Part shown: positions 1-11,234 of the stretch, one piece after another
Layout: each line of letters starts with the position of its first letter
Position numbering within the stretch: the stretch's first letter is position 1
Assembly: GCA_030390025.1 (NCBI GenBank)
Contig: CM059436.1
Span: 73,842,001-73,906,000, forward strand
Length of the DNA: 64,000 nt
Source of the DNA: Squalus acanthias
Taxonomy: Eukaryota
Reading direction: 5' to 3'
Program-made: the position numbers and the translations under genes
Notes under the pieces: model-generated
The model's input: the letters and a program-made list of their open reading frames with translations, nothing else
The model's database searches: none
What the model was told of the DNA's origin: nothing

Positions 1-317
1 CAAACGGAGATGTGAACCTTGACAGAAGTTTCCATCACTGGAAAACTGAGAAGGACAGACGGGAGAAACTTCCAGCATGCTGAAATGTAAGTCATGTCGA
101 ATAAATATCAACCTTATTCCCTTGCATTATTGTATATGCAGTACTGCCATTTGCCAGCTGTCGCGATGGAATCTCTTTCAACTCAATTAAATGGTTCCTC
201 ATGCTTCAGGCTACAGCTTTTCGTCCAAATGCAAGTTTATTACTCAGACACCCATAGTGTAATAACTATTATGGCTATGCAATAGACTCATAGAACCTGG
301 TTTCCTGCAGACCCAAG

Positions 318-1039
318 CAATGTTCCCTTTAAGCTACGCAGCCACGGCTGCAGTGTTCCAGGGAACCCGCGCAGCCGGCTTGGCGACTTTTCAATTTAAA
401 AAACGTGCATGTGCGGTATTTGGAATGGCTCGGGTGGCTCCTTTAAAGGCCAAAAAAAAAATATCTGTGATAAAATCTGAGGATGAAAAACATACAATTG
501 TGAATGAGTGGAACCACGTTCTGATCCAGAATGAACAGCAAAGTTTTATCTGTTGTACTCGAGAAGCAATTGGTCTGGGCTGCTATGAACTGAAACCTTC
601 AACAGCTACTGCACTAGAAATTGCTAAACGCACAGCAGATGTCATCCCAAGTCTTTGTAACCTTAAACTGAGATGCATGGCACTGGCAGCGAAGTGATGG
701 ATTTCTCTGAAAGTTTTTTGTAAAGCATTTTCAGATGCAATAATATAGTTTTTGTAAGAGCTCCTGTGACCTGTTGATGATTAAATAAAGCCACTAATCT
801 GGTTTAAAAAGCAAAAAAGAGCTACTGATTTCATGAATTTTAAGAGTTTGTCTGATTGTCTCATGATTTAAGATGGTGGGGTGGCAAATGGCAATAAATG
901 GTATGTATGCTTTTCTGTGGTTTCTGTTGCTGTCGTTGTAAAAGTTGTTGTTGTTGTAAGATTTGCCCACTGACAAAAAGGTCGTGCTCAAAGGAGTTTG
1001 TGGCCCGCTCAGTACAAAAAAAAATTAGAGGGAACATTG
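318..1039. mobile_element. Non-autonomous hAT-like DNA transposon
   Basis: Terminal inverted repeats CAATGTTCCCTTTAA (318) and TTAGAGGGAACATTG (1025-1039); no 8-bp TSD recognisable. Confidence 0.6.
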
Positions 1040-2445
1040 TTGGCGTGTAGAAATATTTCCTGACTTCACTCTGTAAGGTCTGGCTCTAACTTTTAGGCTG
1101 TGTCCCCTAGTCCTAGATGCCCCAACCAGCGGAAATAGTTTCTCTTGATCTACCCTACCAGTTCCCCTTAACACGCTGGTAATTTTTCCGGTTTGGGCAA
1201 GGCTAACAGCAGAGCGGCGCAAATCATCCAGCATTTTGTGGCAAATCCAACCTCATGGCGTATCTCTTCTCCGCCACAAATTGCTGGGGGGTTTTTTACG
1301 CACTAATAATGGCGTACGCCGAGAACTCGCTGTTATTTTTCCAGCAATTTCTGGCCCACTGTTTTAGTTCCTCTGCTCAGAATCCTGAGTACCATAGTCA
1401 GTATTTGTTCGACTAAAAGTCTGTCAGATCTATTCTAAATTATTCAGTACAGATGATAAATTGAGTTTGGTCTGTGAAAAGATAGAAAATTAATTCAGTA
1501 CTCTAATTGCAGAAGAGGCAGATAATTAAGTAGGAGATTGAGGAAAACCTGCTGAACTGTAAAATATTAAATTTGAGCTGGTCATCTGACAAGGAAGAGC
1601 TGTAGAAAAATGAAAAATAGTTATTTGAGTTGGAAGCACATTGGAGAGACTTCATACTGAATTAGTACTCTCGGGTGGAAATATTGGGGAATGAATTTCT
1701 CTGTTATTCACAAATTCCTTTTCAAGGACATTTGTTTGGATGAACTTTGAAATATCTGGTCTGATGACTCCTGACATTAAGCATTACCGCTGATTAAGAT
1801 ATTGCTCCTTTAACCTTTCTCAGAAAATCAAAGGAACAAAGAGATTAATATCATGCAGGCACCGAGTTTGGAAATAAATTGGATTTATAACAATACCATG
1901 AAATACTATGATCCAGGACTGTCCTAAAATTTGGCCCCAGATTCCTTTGATAAGATTACATAACTACAGAATTTCTTTGGAAGCAAAGGGAATAAAATAT
2001 TTGGGATAAAAGGAAAATCTGTGAATGCTGTAAATCTGAAATAAAAAGAGAAGATGCTAGAAATGCACAGCAGAATATTCAGCATTAGGGCACTCAGATC
2101 TGCAGTAGCAGCCAGGGACCTACAAAATGGATAGTCCAGTGGCAGATGAAATTTAATAAGTATGAGTCTAGGAAGAATGGGCAACATGCGTACTCTATGA
2201 ATGGTGTTAAAATAGTTGAGAGCAAAGTTGAAAGAGAACTAAAGGTGATAGTAAACAGGGTGCTTAACAAATCTAGTCACTGCAGAGCAGCAATCAACCA
2301 ACAAATAGAGGTGGAGTACAAGTCAGAGATATCATGTTAAAACTGTCCAGTGCTCCAGTTTTGGTTGAAAAAAGGCACACAGGATTTATTCAAACCATCA
2401 GTGTGATGCTGAGAAGAGCCACAGGGACAATTCTGGAGATTCTTA

Positions 2446-2900
2446 GGGGGCAAAATTTTACAGATAAGCTTCCATGTCGGCACCACCCAATGCCTAGAGA
2501 AATTTTAGCGCCTGTGCCTCATTTCCATAACGTAAATTGGACGATTTGATCCATTAGCTTTGTGAAAACGGCATCTCGCCTTAACCTTCTCTTGAGTTTC
2601 ATGAAGTTGCTGCATTTGCACATTAATTGGCCATTAAATCCGCCACAAAAAGTTAAGTCTGGTAATTAATACCATAAAGTACCCTTTTAATGATGTGATA
2701 ATTGTTAATGACTGTCAATCAACCGCTCCGGACCAGAAAGTAAACAAGTAAAAGTGTGGAGTCTCATTCCTTCAGTTAGGGAATTGTAGTTGGAGATTTA
2801 AAAAAAAGTCAAATAAAAAAAAAACCTTTCTTTTCCTTTTTGTCTTTTTTTCTCTCTCCCTTAATCCAATCTTTCTTTTGCCTTTTTATTTCTCTCATAA
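2446..2900 (+). mobile_element. Truncated PIF/Harbinger-like MITE, same family as the 39020-44633 element
   Basis: Starts GGGGGCAAAATTTT; shares TTAGCTT..GAAA.CGGCATCT, GTTGGAGATTTAAAAAA and CTTAATCCAATCT with 39160-39185 and 43520-44330. Confidence 0.5.
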
Positions 2901-2909
2901 AACACTAAT

Positions 2910-3930
2910 GGTTGCTGCTCTGAACCATCCTTCTGTTCTATCCGACGGAGGCTTGAGCATGTGGAGCGATTCTGCCTGGGCTGACCCCTGTTTGAATGGA
3001 GTTTTTCATCAGCGCAAGGCCCCGAATCCCCCCTCGGGCATCTCCGCATCACAACTTGAGTCGTCTCTTGGAAATCCCCTCCGTGCTATTCCACTCTCCA
3101 CGGAGGGTTTTCCTGTATGGGCTGCTCCTGCACACACTTCACTCCATCACTCTCATCTCCTGAACGGACACACCCTGGTGTTCCATCTCACTGTCTCATC
3201 GTCCGGTCACGCCCTGGCGTTCCATCTCACCGTCCGGTCATGCCCTGGCGTTCCATCTCACTGTCTCACCGTCTGGTCACGCCCTGGCGTTCCATCTCAC
3301 CGTTAAGTCACGCCCTGGTGTTCCATCTCACTGTCCGGTCAGGCCCTGCCGTTCCATCTCACCGTCCAGTCACGCACTGGCATTCCATCTTGCCGCCTGG
3401 CGGAGGCGGTGATCCCCAATGGAGGTGTCTCTACACGGGAGTTCTCCCCTGTTTCATTGGGGATCGAGTGTGCAAAGTGTTGAACGGAGCAATCATGTGC
3501 AATGGGTTTTAAAGCAGAATCACTAACTCCCAGGCTGCCTGTAACCTCTGCGGCCTGGATGAGTCTCCGTTCCATGTCTACGTGGAGTGCGAGAGGCTCT
3601 AGCCCCTCTACCATTTACGGGGCTGCTCCTCAACTTCTGGCCGCACTTCAGTCCCACGGTCCTGATCTTTGGCCACCCGGTGTGGAGGGGTGGGGGTGGC
3701 GGGGATGGGGGGCAGGTCGGAGGGACTGCTCCTGGGTCTGGCCAATGTGGCCATCAACAGGTCTAGGCAGCGGGCGGTCGATGGGACCGTTCCGCTCGAC
3801 TGCCTGCCTCTCTTCCGCGGCTATCCCTGGAGAGGGAACACGCGGTGTTCATCGTACGTTTGAGGCCTTCTGCCATTGGTGAGAGGGGGGCATCTTCCAC
3901 AGGGCAGAATCATTTAGATTTCAATTAATA
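2910..3930 (+). mobile_element. Tx1/L1-clade LINE 3' fragment (ORF2 C-terminus, degenerate)
   Basis: Broken frames give DPQWRCLYTGVLP, zinc knuckle CNLCGLDESPFHVYVEC, HFSPTVLIFGHP and LANVAINRSRQRAV..DCLPLFRGY. Confidence 0.7.
3170..3392. repeat. Minisatellite, about 7 copies of a ~31-bp unit
   Basis: Repeats of CACGCCCTGGCGTTCCATCTCACCGTCCGGT, some with an extra 8-nt TGTCTCAY. Confidence 0.9.
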
Positions 3931-3939
3931 AGTTTGTCA

Positions 3940-4385
3940 GTGTCAGCTGTACCTCAGTTGGTAGCATACTCGCCTCTAGAGTCAGAATTGTGGGTTCAAG
4001 TCCCACTCCAGGGACTTGAGCACATAAAGCTAGGCTGACAGTGCAGTGCTGAGGGAGCGCTGCACTGTCGTAGGTGCCATCTTTCGGATGAGACGTTAAA
4101 CCGAAGCCCTGTCTGCTCTTTCAGGTGGACGTAAAAGATCCCATGGCACTATTTCGAAGAAGATTATGGGAGTTATCTCCAGTGCCAATATTTATCCCTC
4201 AACCAACATAACAAAAAAAATTATCTGGTCATTATCACATTGCTGTTTGTGGGAGCTTGCTGTGCGCAAATTGGCTGCTGCGTTTCCCACATTACTACAC
4301 TCCAAAAGTACTTCTTTGGCTGTAAAGCGCTTTGAGACGTCTGGTGGTCGTGAAAGGCGCTATATAAATGTAAGTCTTTCTTTAT
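3940..4385 (+). mobile_element. tRNA-derived Deu-domain SINE (SacSINE1/AmnSINE1-related), full length
   Basis: A/B-box-like head (CTCAGTTGGTAGC..GGTTCAAGTCCC), core TTTCGGATGAGACGTTAAACCGA..GGTGGACGTAAAAGATCCCATGGCACTATT, tail GGCGCTATATAAATG. Confidence 0.8.
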
Positions 4386-4419
4386 AAATTTGGGTCTATG
4401 AATTCCTATTAAAAAGGGG

Positions 4420-5060
4420 GCCGTTTACGTTAAATTGACAGCCAATTGTTCTTAATTGGCGAATAAGAACACGAGCAGGCGCGTTGCCACGGTAACGGCG
4501 AACGCCTCCGAACGCTGTGACGTTATCATTTTTCACGTTGCAGTCACACTGTTTTCGGGGGGTGGGGTTCGGGTTGATGGAGCTGATTGGGCAATTCCCC
4601 CGTCAATCAGGCCAGGAGCCACCCTATAGAGAAAAGGGTGGGTAAGGGACGTTACGCAGTGTTTTGAGCCTCGGCGGGCACGGTAGGCGTTGTCAGCTGA
4701 CTTCGATGTGAGTTTGCGCGTTGCCGGACAGTGGGTCATGGCGCCACGGAGGTACTGGTGGCAGCAGCGAGGGCTGTGAGAAACTTTTTAAATGCCCGTG
4801 GGCAGCTCCGGTGGGGGCGGGGTCTCTTTCCAACACGCCAGGAGCCGACAGTAGTAAACAAACCCGTTGGACCAGTCACCGCCGTAGCTGGATAGTGATG
4901 AATCATGGCCTCGGTGAAAGTGGCGGTGAGGCTGAGACCCATGAACCTGAGGTAAATGTCACCGCCAGCCCGCAGAATATTCCAGATCCTGCAGCAGCTC
5001 TTCTGCGGCCTGCTCCCTCCGCTTGAGCATCAGCCGAAAGGGACGTTGTTAAAATGCAGG
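4420..5060 (+). promoter_or_regulatory. CpG-island promoter of KIF16B
   Basis: CpG-dense non-repetitive tract around exon 1; CCAAT/ATTGG boxes (~4442, 4455, 4587), TGACG (~4518), GC box GGGGGCGGGG (~4813), X-box-like GTTGCCACGGTAAC (4483-4496). Confidence 0.75.
4905..4951 (+). CDS. KIF16B: Kinesin-like protein KIF16B, coding exon 1
   Basis: ATCATGG Kozak context; MASVKVAVRLRPMNL(R); donor AG|GTAAAT, phase 2. Confidence 0.95.
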
Positions 5061-5224
5061 GCGGCAAAGTTTTTTTTTAAAAAAACAACCAAACCGGGAT
5101 CTTAATTGAAAAGAATACATGTCTCAAAAATATTATTGCTCCAGTAATCCTACAGAAGGTTGCCCATTTGTAGGACATTACAACCAGTTTGCTGGCTTAT
5201 AGTGTCGTTTATTTTGTTCCACCA

Positions 5225-5357
5225 CTCCTCATTTAAAACCTGCCCTAATATCGGCTCGTGTGTCTCGGTGTCAAATTTTGTTTGATCATCGCTCCTGTGA
5301 AACGTCTTGGGACGTTTTACTACGTTAACGGCGCTATATAAATGCAAGTTGTTGTTG
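5225..5357 (+). mobile_element. L2 LINE 3' tail fragment
   Basis: CGCTCCTGTGAA..TTGGGACGTTTTACTACGTTAA..GCTATATAAATGCAAGTTGTTGTTG, the same tail as the L2 copies at 31783 and 62632. Confidence 0.7.
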
Positions 5358-6054
5358 AGCAAATTGTTTATAAATGTTCCTAGGGTTTCAATGAAATGTT
5401 TGGAAAAGTTTGTTTCGTTTTGAGCTCCACCTGATCTAAACGGAGGAAGGTCAGAATTTTAGTTGGAAACCTCCTGTGGCTGCATTCACACATCACGAGT
5501 GCCGAGTGCAAAGCTGATATCATCACCTACGCCAAGCTTGGAGTGTAAATCAGGTGCCAAGGTCCCAACTGGCTCTGAAGCAAAGCCGAATGAGGCTACC
5601 TCCTTCAAGTTGTCTCATTCAGCATTGTTCAGGTGTCAGGTGATGCTGGATTGAGGTTATTAAATGTCTGCAACTGCAGTTGTAGTGTGAATGTACCTTT
5701 TTATTAGGAGCAAAGTAAATATTTACTTTAGATCAAATGGAGATCTGTTGTGTTGATTTATTGCATAATAATTGTATGTAAATGGTTCGTACAAAAGTGA
5801 TCAAAACAAAACTTTAATGTGCTTTTAGTGAAAGTTTGCCAAACGTGCATTTGTGAACTTTCTTGTAAAATGCAGGATGTGATCTAAAATGAAATTTACA
5901 CTTACAACTTAAAATACCTTTTTTAAGTTGTAATATTCTGATGGCTGTGCAGTGTATTGGGACAGCTGCATCCATTTTTCTGTTCCTGTGTTCAAGTGCT
6001 GTGTGACAATGTCTGAAACCAAATGCTAAGTTTCATACCCCTGAGTAGAGCACT

Positions 6055-6404
6055 AAGAACATAAGAAATAGGAGCAGGAGTAGGCCATTCGGCCCTCAAG
6101 CCTGCTCCGCCATTCCCTAAGATCATGGTTGATCTGATCTTGGCCTCAACTCCACTTTTTTGCCTGTTTCCCATACCCCTTGACTCCCCTGTAGTTCAAA
6201 AATCTGTTTATCTCAGCCTTGAATATATTCAATGATTCAGCCTCCACAGCTTTCTGGGTAGAGAATTCCAAAGATTCACGACCCTCCGAGAAGAAATTCC
6301 TCCTCATCTCTGTCTTAAATGGGTGACTCCTTATTCTGAAATTATGGCCCCTAGTTCTAGATTCCCCCACGAGGGGAAACATCCTCTCAGGATCTACCCT
6401 GTCA
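6055..6404 (-). mobile_element. HER1/CR1 LINE 3' fragment
   Basis: MFPLVGESRTRGHNFRIR; 3' UTR GGCCGAATGGCCTACTCCTGCTCCTATTTCTTATGTTCTTA on the minus strand. Confidence 0.85.
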
Positions 6405-6589
6405 ACACTGGTATGGAGTAAACTGTGGTTATTAGATCAAGATGTAAGCAAACATTATTAGATGATGTGACAGAATGAGCGGATGCTGATGCAGTCAATC
6501 TGTGTAGTGGCATGGACGCCAAAGTCCAGCACAGAAAAGTCCGCATTAAACAAGGTGGCATAACATTAGAGCTGGGCGGTTCAGGGATG

Positions 6590-6828
6590 TTGTCCAGAAG
6601 CAGATCTTCACACAAAGGGTAGTGGAAATCTGGAACTCTTTCACCCAAAAAGCTGTTGGCTGGGGATCAATTGAAAATTTCAAAACAGAGATTGATAGAT
6701 TTTTGTTAGGCAAGGATATTAAGGGTTATGGAACCAAGGCAGGTGGATGGAGTTAAGATACAGATCAGCCATGATCTAATTGAATGGTAGAACAGACTTG
6801 AGGTGCTTAATGGCCTACTCCTGTTCGT
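6590..6828 (+). mobile_element. HER1/CR1 LINE 3' fragment
   Basis: TTCACACAAAGGGTAGTGGAAATCTGGAACTCT..GATCAGCCATGATCTAATTGAATGG. Confidence 0.75.
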
Positions 6829-6894
6829 ATATAAATGAAAGTCTTTTTATTTTTTCCTCTTTGTAGCTTAATTAATGTTTATTGTTCCACTATC

Positions 6895-8460
6895 CAAAAA
6901 CTAGGGGGGAAAAAACTGAGGGAAGGTCTGTGATGGGTGGAAAGCAGGAGTGATTCAATGACAAAAGGTTGATGGGGCAAGGCAAAAGGGGGTGGTAATG
7001 GGAGAAGTAAAGAAACAGAAGATGGGTCTAGAGGAGGTGTAAATGGCAACAGCAGAATCATTACCAGCACCTGCTGTCCAAAAAAATAGGAGCAGTGGTT
7101 ATGATCTGAAATTGTTGAATTCAGTGTTGAATCCGGAAGGCTGTAAAATGCCTAATCGAAAGCCCTTGGATCAAAGGGGACAGTGACAGCATGGATACGA
7201 AATTGGCCAAGTGATAGGAAACACGGAGCTGAACGGTTGTTTTTCACACTGGAGGAAGGTATACAGTGGTCGGTTCTAGGACCACTGCTTTTCTTGATAT
7301 ATATTAATGAGTTGGACTTGGTGTACAGGGCACAATTTCAAAATTTGCAGGATGACACACAACCTGGAAGTATAGTGAACAGTGAGGAGGATAATGATAG
7401 ACTTCAAGAGGACATAGACAGGCTGATGGAATGGGTGGACACGTGGCAGTTGAAATTTAACACAGTAAATTGCAAAGTGATACATTTTGGTAGGAAGAAC
7501 GAGACGAGGCAATATAAACTAAAGGATACAATTCTAAAGGGGGTGCAGGAACAGGGAGGCCTGGGGCTATATGTGCACAAATTGTTGAAGGTGGCAGGGC
7601 AGGTTGGGAAAGCGGTTCAAAAAGCAGACAGGATCCTGGGCTTCATAAATAGAGGCATAGAGTACAAAAGCAAGGAAATTATGATGAACCTTTATAAAAC
7701 ACTGGTTCAGCCTCAGCTGGAGTATTGTGTCCAATTTTGGGCACAGCACTTTAAGGCCTTCACATCCTTCCTAGAGAGGGTGCAGAAAAGATTTACAAGG
7801 CTGGTTCCAGGGATGAGGGACTTCCGTTATGTGGATAGACTGGAGAAGCTGGGGGTTGCCCTCCTTCGAGCAGAGAAGGTTGAGAGGAGATCCGATAGAG
7901 GTGTTCAAAATCATGAAGGGTCTAGACGGAGTAGATGGAGAGAAACTGTTCCCATTGCAGAAGAGTCGAGAACCATACACAAATTTAAGGTGATTGGCAG
8001 AAGAACCAAAGCGACATGAGGAAAAGCTTTTTTACGCAGCGAGTGGTTAGGATCTGGAATGCACTGCCTGAAAGGGTGGTGGAGGCAGATTCAATCGTGG
8101 CTTTCAAAAGGGAATTGGATAAGTGCCTGAAGGAAAAAATTTGCAGGGCAACGGGGAAAGGGCGGGGAAGTGGGATGAGTTGAAGTGCTCTTGCAGAGAG
8201 CCGGCATGGGCTCAACCGGCTGAAAGGCCTCCTTCTGTGCTGTAACCATTCTATGAGGTGCTGTTCCTCAAGCTTCATTAGAACATTGTAAGAGGCCAAG
8301 GACAGAGAGGGAGTGGGAAGGAGAATTAAAAGGACAAGCAACCAGAAGCTTGGTCAAGCTTGCGGACTGAACGGAGGTGTTCCGCAAAGCGATCACCCAA
8401 TCTGCGTTTGGTCTCCCCAATGTAAAGGAGACCACACCGTGAGCAGCAAATACAACATAC
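6895..8460 (-). mobile_element. Penelope-like element 3' part (GIY-YIG C-terminus), split by a CR1 insertion
   Basis: Minus strand reads KLEEQHLI (8254-8275) and resumes FRLGILQPSGFNTEFNNFRS* (7162-7100), the typical end of a Penelope-like ORF. Confidence 0.75.
7163..8253 (+). mobile_element. CR1 LINE 3' portion (RT C-terminus, degenerate)
   Basis: [39 protein letters not shown]; tail CTGTAACCATTCTATG. Confidence 0.9.
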
Positions 8461-9121
8461 CAGATTCATTGATAAACATCACCAGATGTTGTGCATAAAG
8501 TCGCACACCAGTTGGCAGAGATCAAGGCCTTGTTTACAAGAGTGATCTTTGGTGCTCAGCATGAGAACTTGGATGTGTCAAGTCTTAATACAACAGGGAA
8601 TTAACTGAGTTATGTTGCAATTTTTGCTACCAATATTGCATAAGAATCTGTAAATCCAGTCTTTGTTGGGTGGCTCTTGACTTAACTGTTACAACCTTAG
8701 TTACAATATTAAAAGTTGTATGTTTTTCACAGGCTGCGTTTGTTGTGTAGTGCCCCATAACTTGTGCAAAATCAGGGCGATCCTATGAATCTTATCGAAG
8801 TCTCCTATAATCTGTGTAAAATAGTCCAAACTTCATTGATAAATTAGAAATCTGCAGTTCAAAATTTAAGCATCCATCCTGTAGTTATGTTGAATAACAA
8901 GTTGAGTGTATTTCAAGAAGATGTCTCAATCCTGGGACTATGTGTTGCCAAAATAGTTAAATAATGTAATAGCAATGTACTATTCTATGTTATCATATGT
9001 TTATTTCACTTCCTGTTACAATGGAATCACATACCTTGTTGACACTGTAAGGGAGTAGTTTAATTAAGGCCATAAACTGCTTGAAATTTGATCTTGCAGT
9101 TTAAGTGTGTAGGGGGTGGTG

Positions 9122-10311
9122 TGTGGGGTCAGTTTCACCTCTGACTCAGTGAGCGGTTCGAATCGCTCCCACGCCCCTGGTTCTAAACCTTGGACTTACT
9201 TAGGGGTCGTGAACAAAGGTGCAGTAGACAACAGGTTTGATGAAAGAACTTTGACTTTTATTCAAGGAAGTAAAACACAACACAAACACTCTTATCACTC
9301 TAAAGGTGGGGAACACTTCAGTACAAGCAAGGGAAATAACATTAGAAGAATACTTCACCCCTCCCAATCCCATTTCACTAGCTAGGTTGGACTCTGGAGA
9401 ACCAGGGATAATGCTCACCAAACGAATCCTTGACAGTTTAGAGTTGGGGTTTAGAGTCTTTTGAGTAAAAGGTTTCGTAAGGCCCTTGTTGCCGCGAGGT
9501 GTCCGATGGTCACTGAGGCAGTCGCTCTGGTTGTTTCTTGCGTGTCGGTCTGCTTGTGAAGTTGTTGGCCTTCTTTGTTGAACTTCTTGCTGTAACTGCT
9601 CCTCTGTTTAAACTGTCGTCTTCCGAGCTGTGGAACTGCCTTCTGCCTGCTTGTCCTGAACTCTGTTCAACACAGGCTTTCAATTCTCTTGGACTTGAAC
9701 TTGAACTGTAACTGGAGAACTCGAACCCTGTTGTAACTGCTTGATGGGCCTTCAATTATACTAAATTGAAGTGGCCTTGTCAAAACCAAATCAAATCCTG
9801 GTCATTGTAAGACCTCGTTAACAGTAACGACTTTACTAAGTGTCAAATGGCTTGCGTCCTGTCGATCTCTTTGGTTGATTACAGGTGATTGGTTTCGTGT
9901 TTTGGGTTTCTAGGCTGGACTCGGGTTTTTCTATAGAATGTTCCTGAGCAATTTGAATTATGCATGGTTTTGATAGGTTTTAATGGGGCCTGTGTTTTGG
10001 GTGGGGCTGCCTTCTCCTAGGGCCTATTGTCCAAATGTTAATGCTTGCTGGGGCTTGAGTGAGGTCATTCCGATTCCTCAGACAATGCAATTTAACTGCA
10101 ATACCCAAAACTGTATTACAGAGGTCGAACCCACCTCCTGTGCAGCCTTTTCTCCCTTACAGGTCCAGACATGTCTTTTTAAAATGCCAGAACTTGGTTT
10201 TTGGTCTTAAATTCCTTATGTTAGGCCCAAATGCATTTTTATCACTCTGGGGTAGTTCCAAAGTTCTTTTTCCTTAGGTTTTGGGGATCTGCAAATTTTG
10301 GAAACCTTACA
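9122..10311 (-). mobile_element. Probable solo LTR
   Basis: Minus strand begins TGTAAGG and ends CCCCACA; AATAAA ~135 nt from its 3' end (TTTATT at ~9257 on +); flanks GGTG/AGTG form a near 4-bp TSD; non-coding. Confidence 0.5.
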
Positions 10312-10677
10312 AGTGTCATCTGAACCAGGGATCAAATTACACCTGAACAAGATGAATGCCATGACACTACTTAAAATGCGTATAGTTACACTATATGGTG
10401 CATTTTTATTCTGCCTTTGATAGCTTTCTGGGCTGTCAAAATAAACGTAAGCTGTTACTTTTGCTGCTTGGTTTTTACCCGTTCATAGTAAATCGTTAGA
10501 AAATTTAGGCTGTTGTGTAGGATACTGTTAATGAGAAAACTGCAGGGATAGTGATGCCACTTTCTTGCACCTCTGAACTCTGAAGCAAAGGGAAGGAAAT
10601 GTTTCTCAAGCTTTGTCCCAATATGAATTAGTGTACCAGACTGATTTGTAACTGGTTAAGTAGGAAAACACTGATCT

Positions 10678-11220
10678 AAGAACATAAGGGGAAAAAATCA
10701 AGAATGAAAAAAGGCCATTCAGTCCATTGAAGCTCATCCCTATGGTATCCTAACTTTCACATCTTAGAATCCCACTGTAATTTGAACATCTTCCTTGTTT
10801 TTCCTTTCACTGCCCTGTGTGGCAGATTATTCCAAAAATTTATCACTGAGTAAAAGTGGTTCTTCCAGATTTGTGCTTTAAAAATACTTTTCTCTAAATT
10901 TATATCCTCTGGTTCTACATCCCTAGCTTACTTTGAAGTAGTTTCTGCATTTACCTTGTGTATTTCATTTAATATTTTGTATACTTCCAGTGAGATCTGC
11001 CCTTAACCTCTAACTCTCTAAATTGTACAGCACGAGGATCTCTAATCTTTTCTCATAGCTTATCTTTATTCTTGAGATCAGTTTTGTTCTCTTCTGTATT
11101 CTGTGCAATGCTTGTATTTTTTTTGTAGCATTGTGTCTGGAACTGAATACAGTATTCCCAAGTGTGCTATGACCAATGTATTTTAAAACCTTAACATAAC
11201 TTCTACAGATTTGTATTCCA
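10678..11220 (-). mobile_element. Old CR1 LINE 3' fragment
   Basis: Degenerate QALHRIQKR..ISYEKRLEIL; tail-like AAGAACATAAG. Confidence 0.6.
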
Positions 11221-11234
11221 CTGTTAAGAATATA

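Noticed and set aside
1-100. Possible exon of a neighbouring gene (GTAAGT donor at 87 on +, or TTTCAG acceptor on -)
   Set aside because: Truncated by the window edge and no translation resembles a protein I recognise.
3170-3392. CRISPR-like array
   Set aside because: Tandem units without unique spacers, eukaryotic context and no cas genes.
4721-5026. 101-aa ORF over the promoter and short uORFs at 4738 and 4792
   Set aside because: The long ORF has a non-ATG start and runs into intron 1. The short ones lie upstream of the proximal GC box and may not be in the mRNA; the TSS is unknown.
7183-8019. 278-aa RT-like ORF and other long RT ORFs (27214, 28071, 41880, 42549) as functional genes
   Set aside because: All are pieces of LINE ORF2 broken by stops and frameshifts; there is no intact or evidently domesticated RT in the window.
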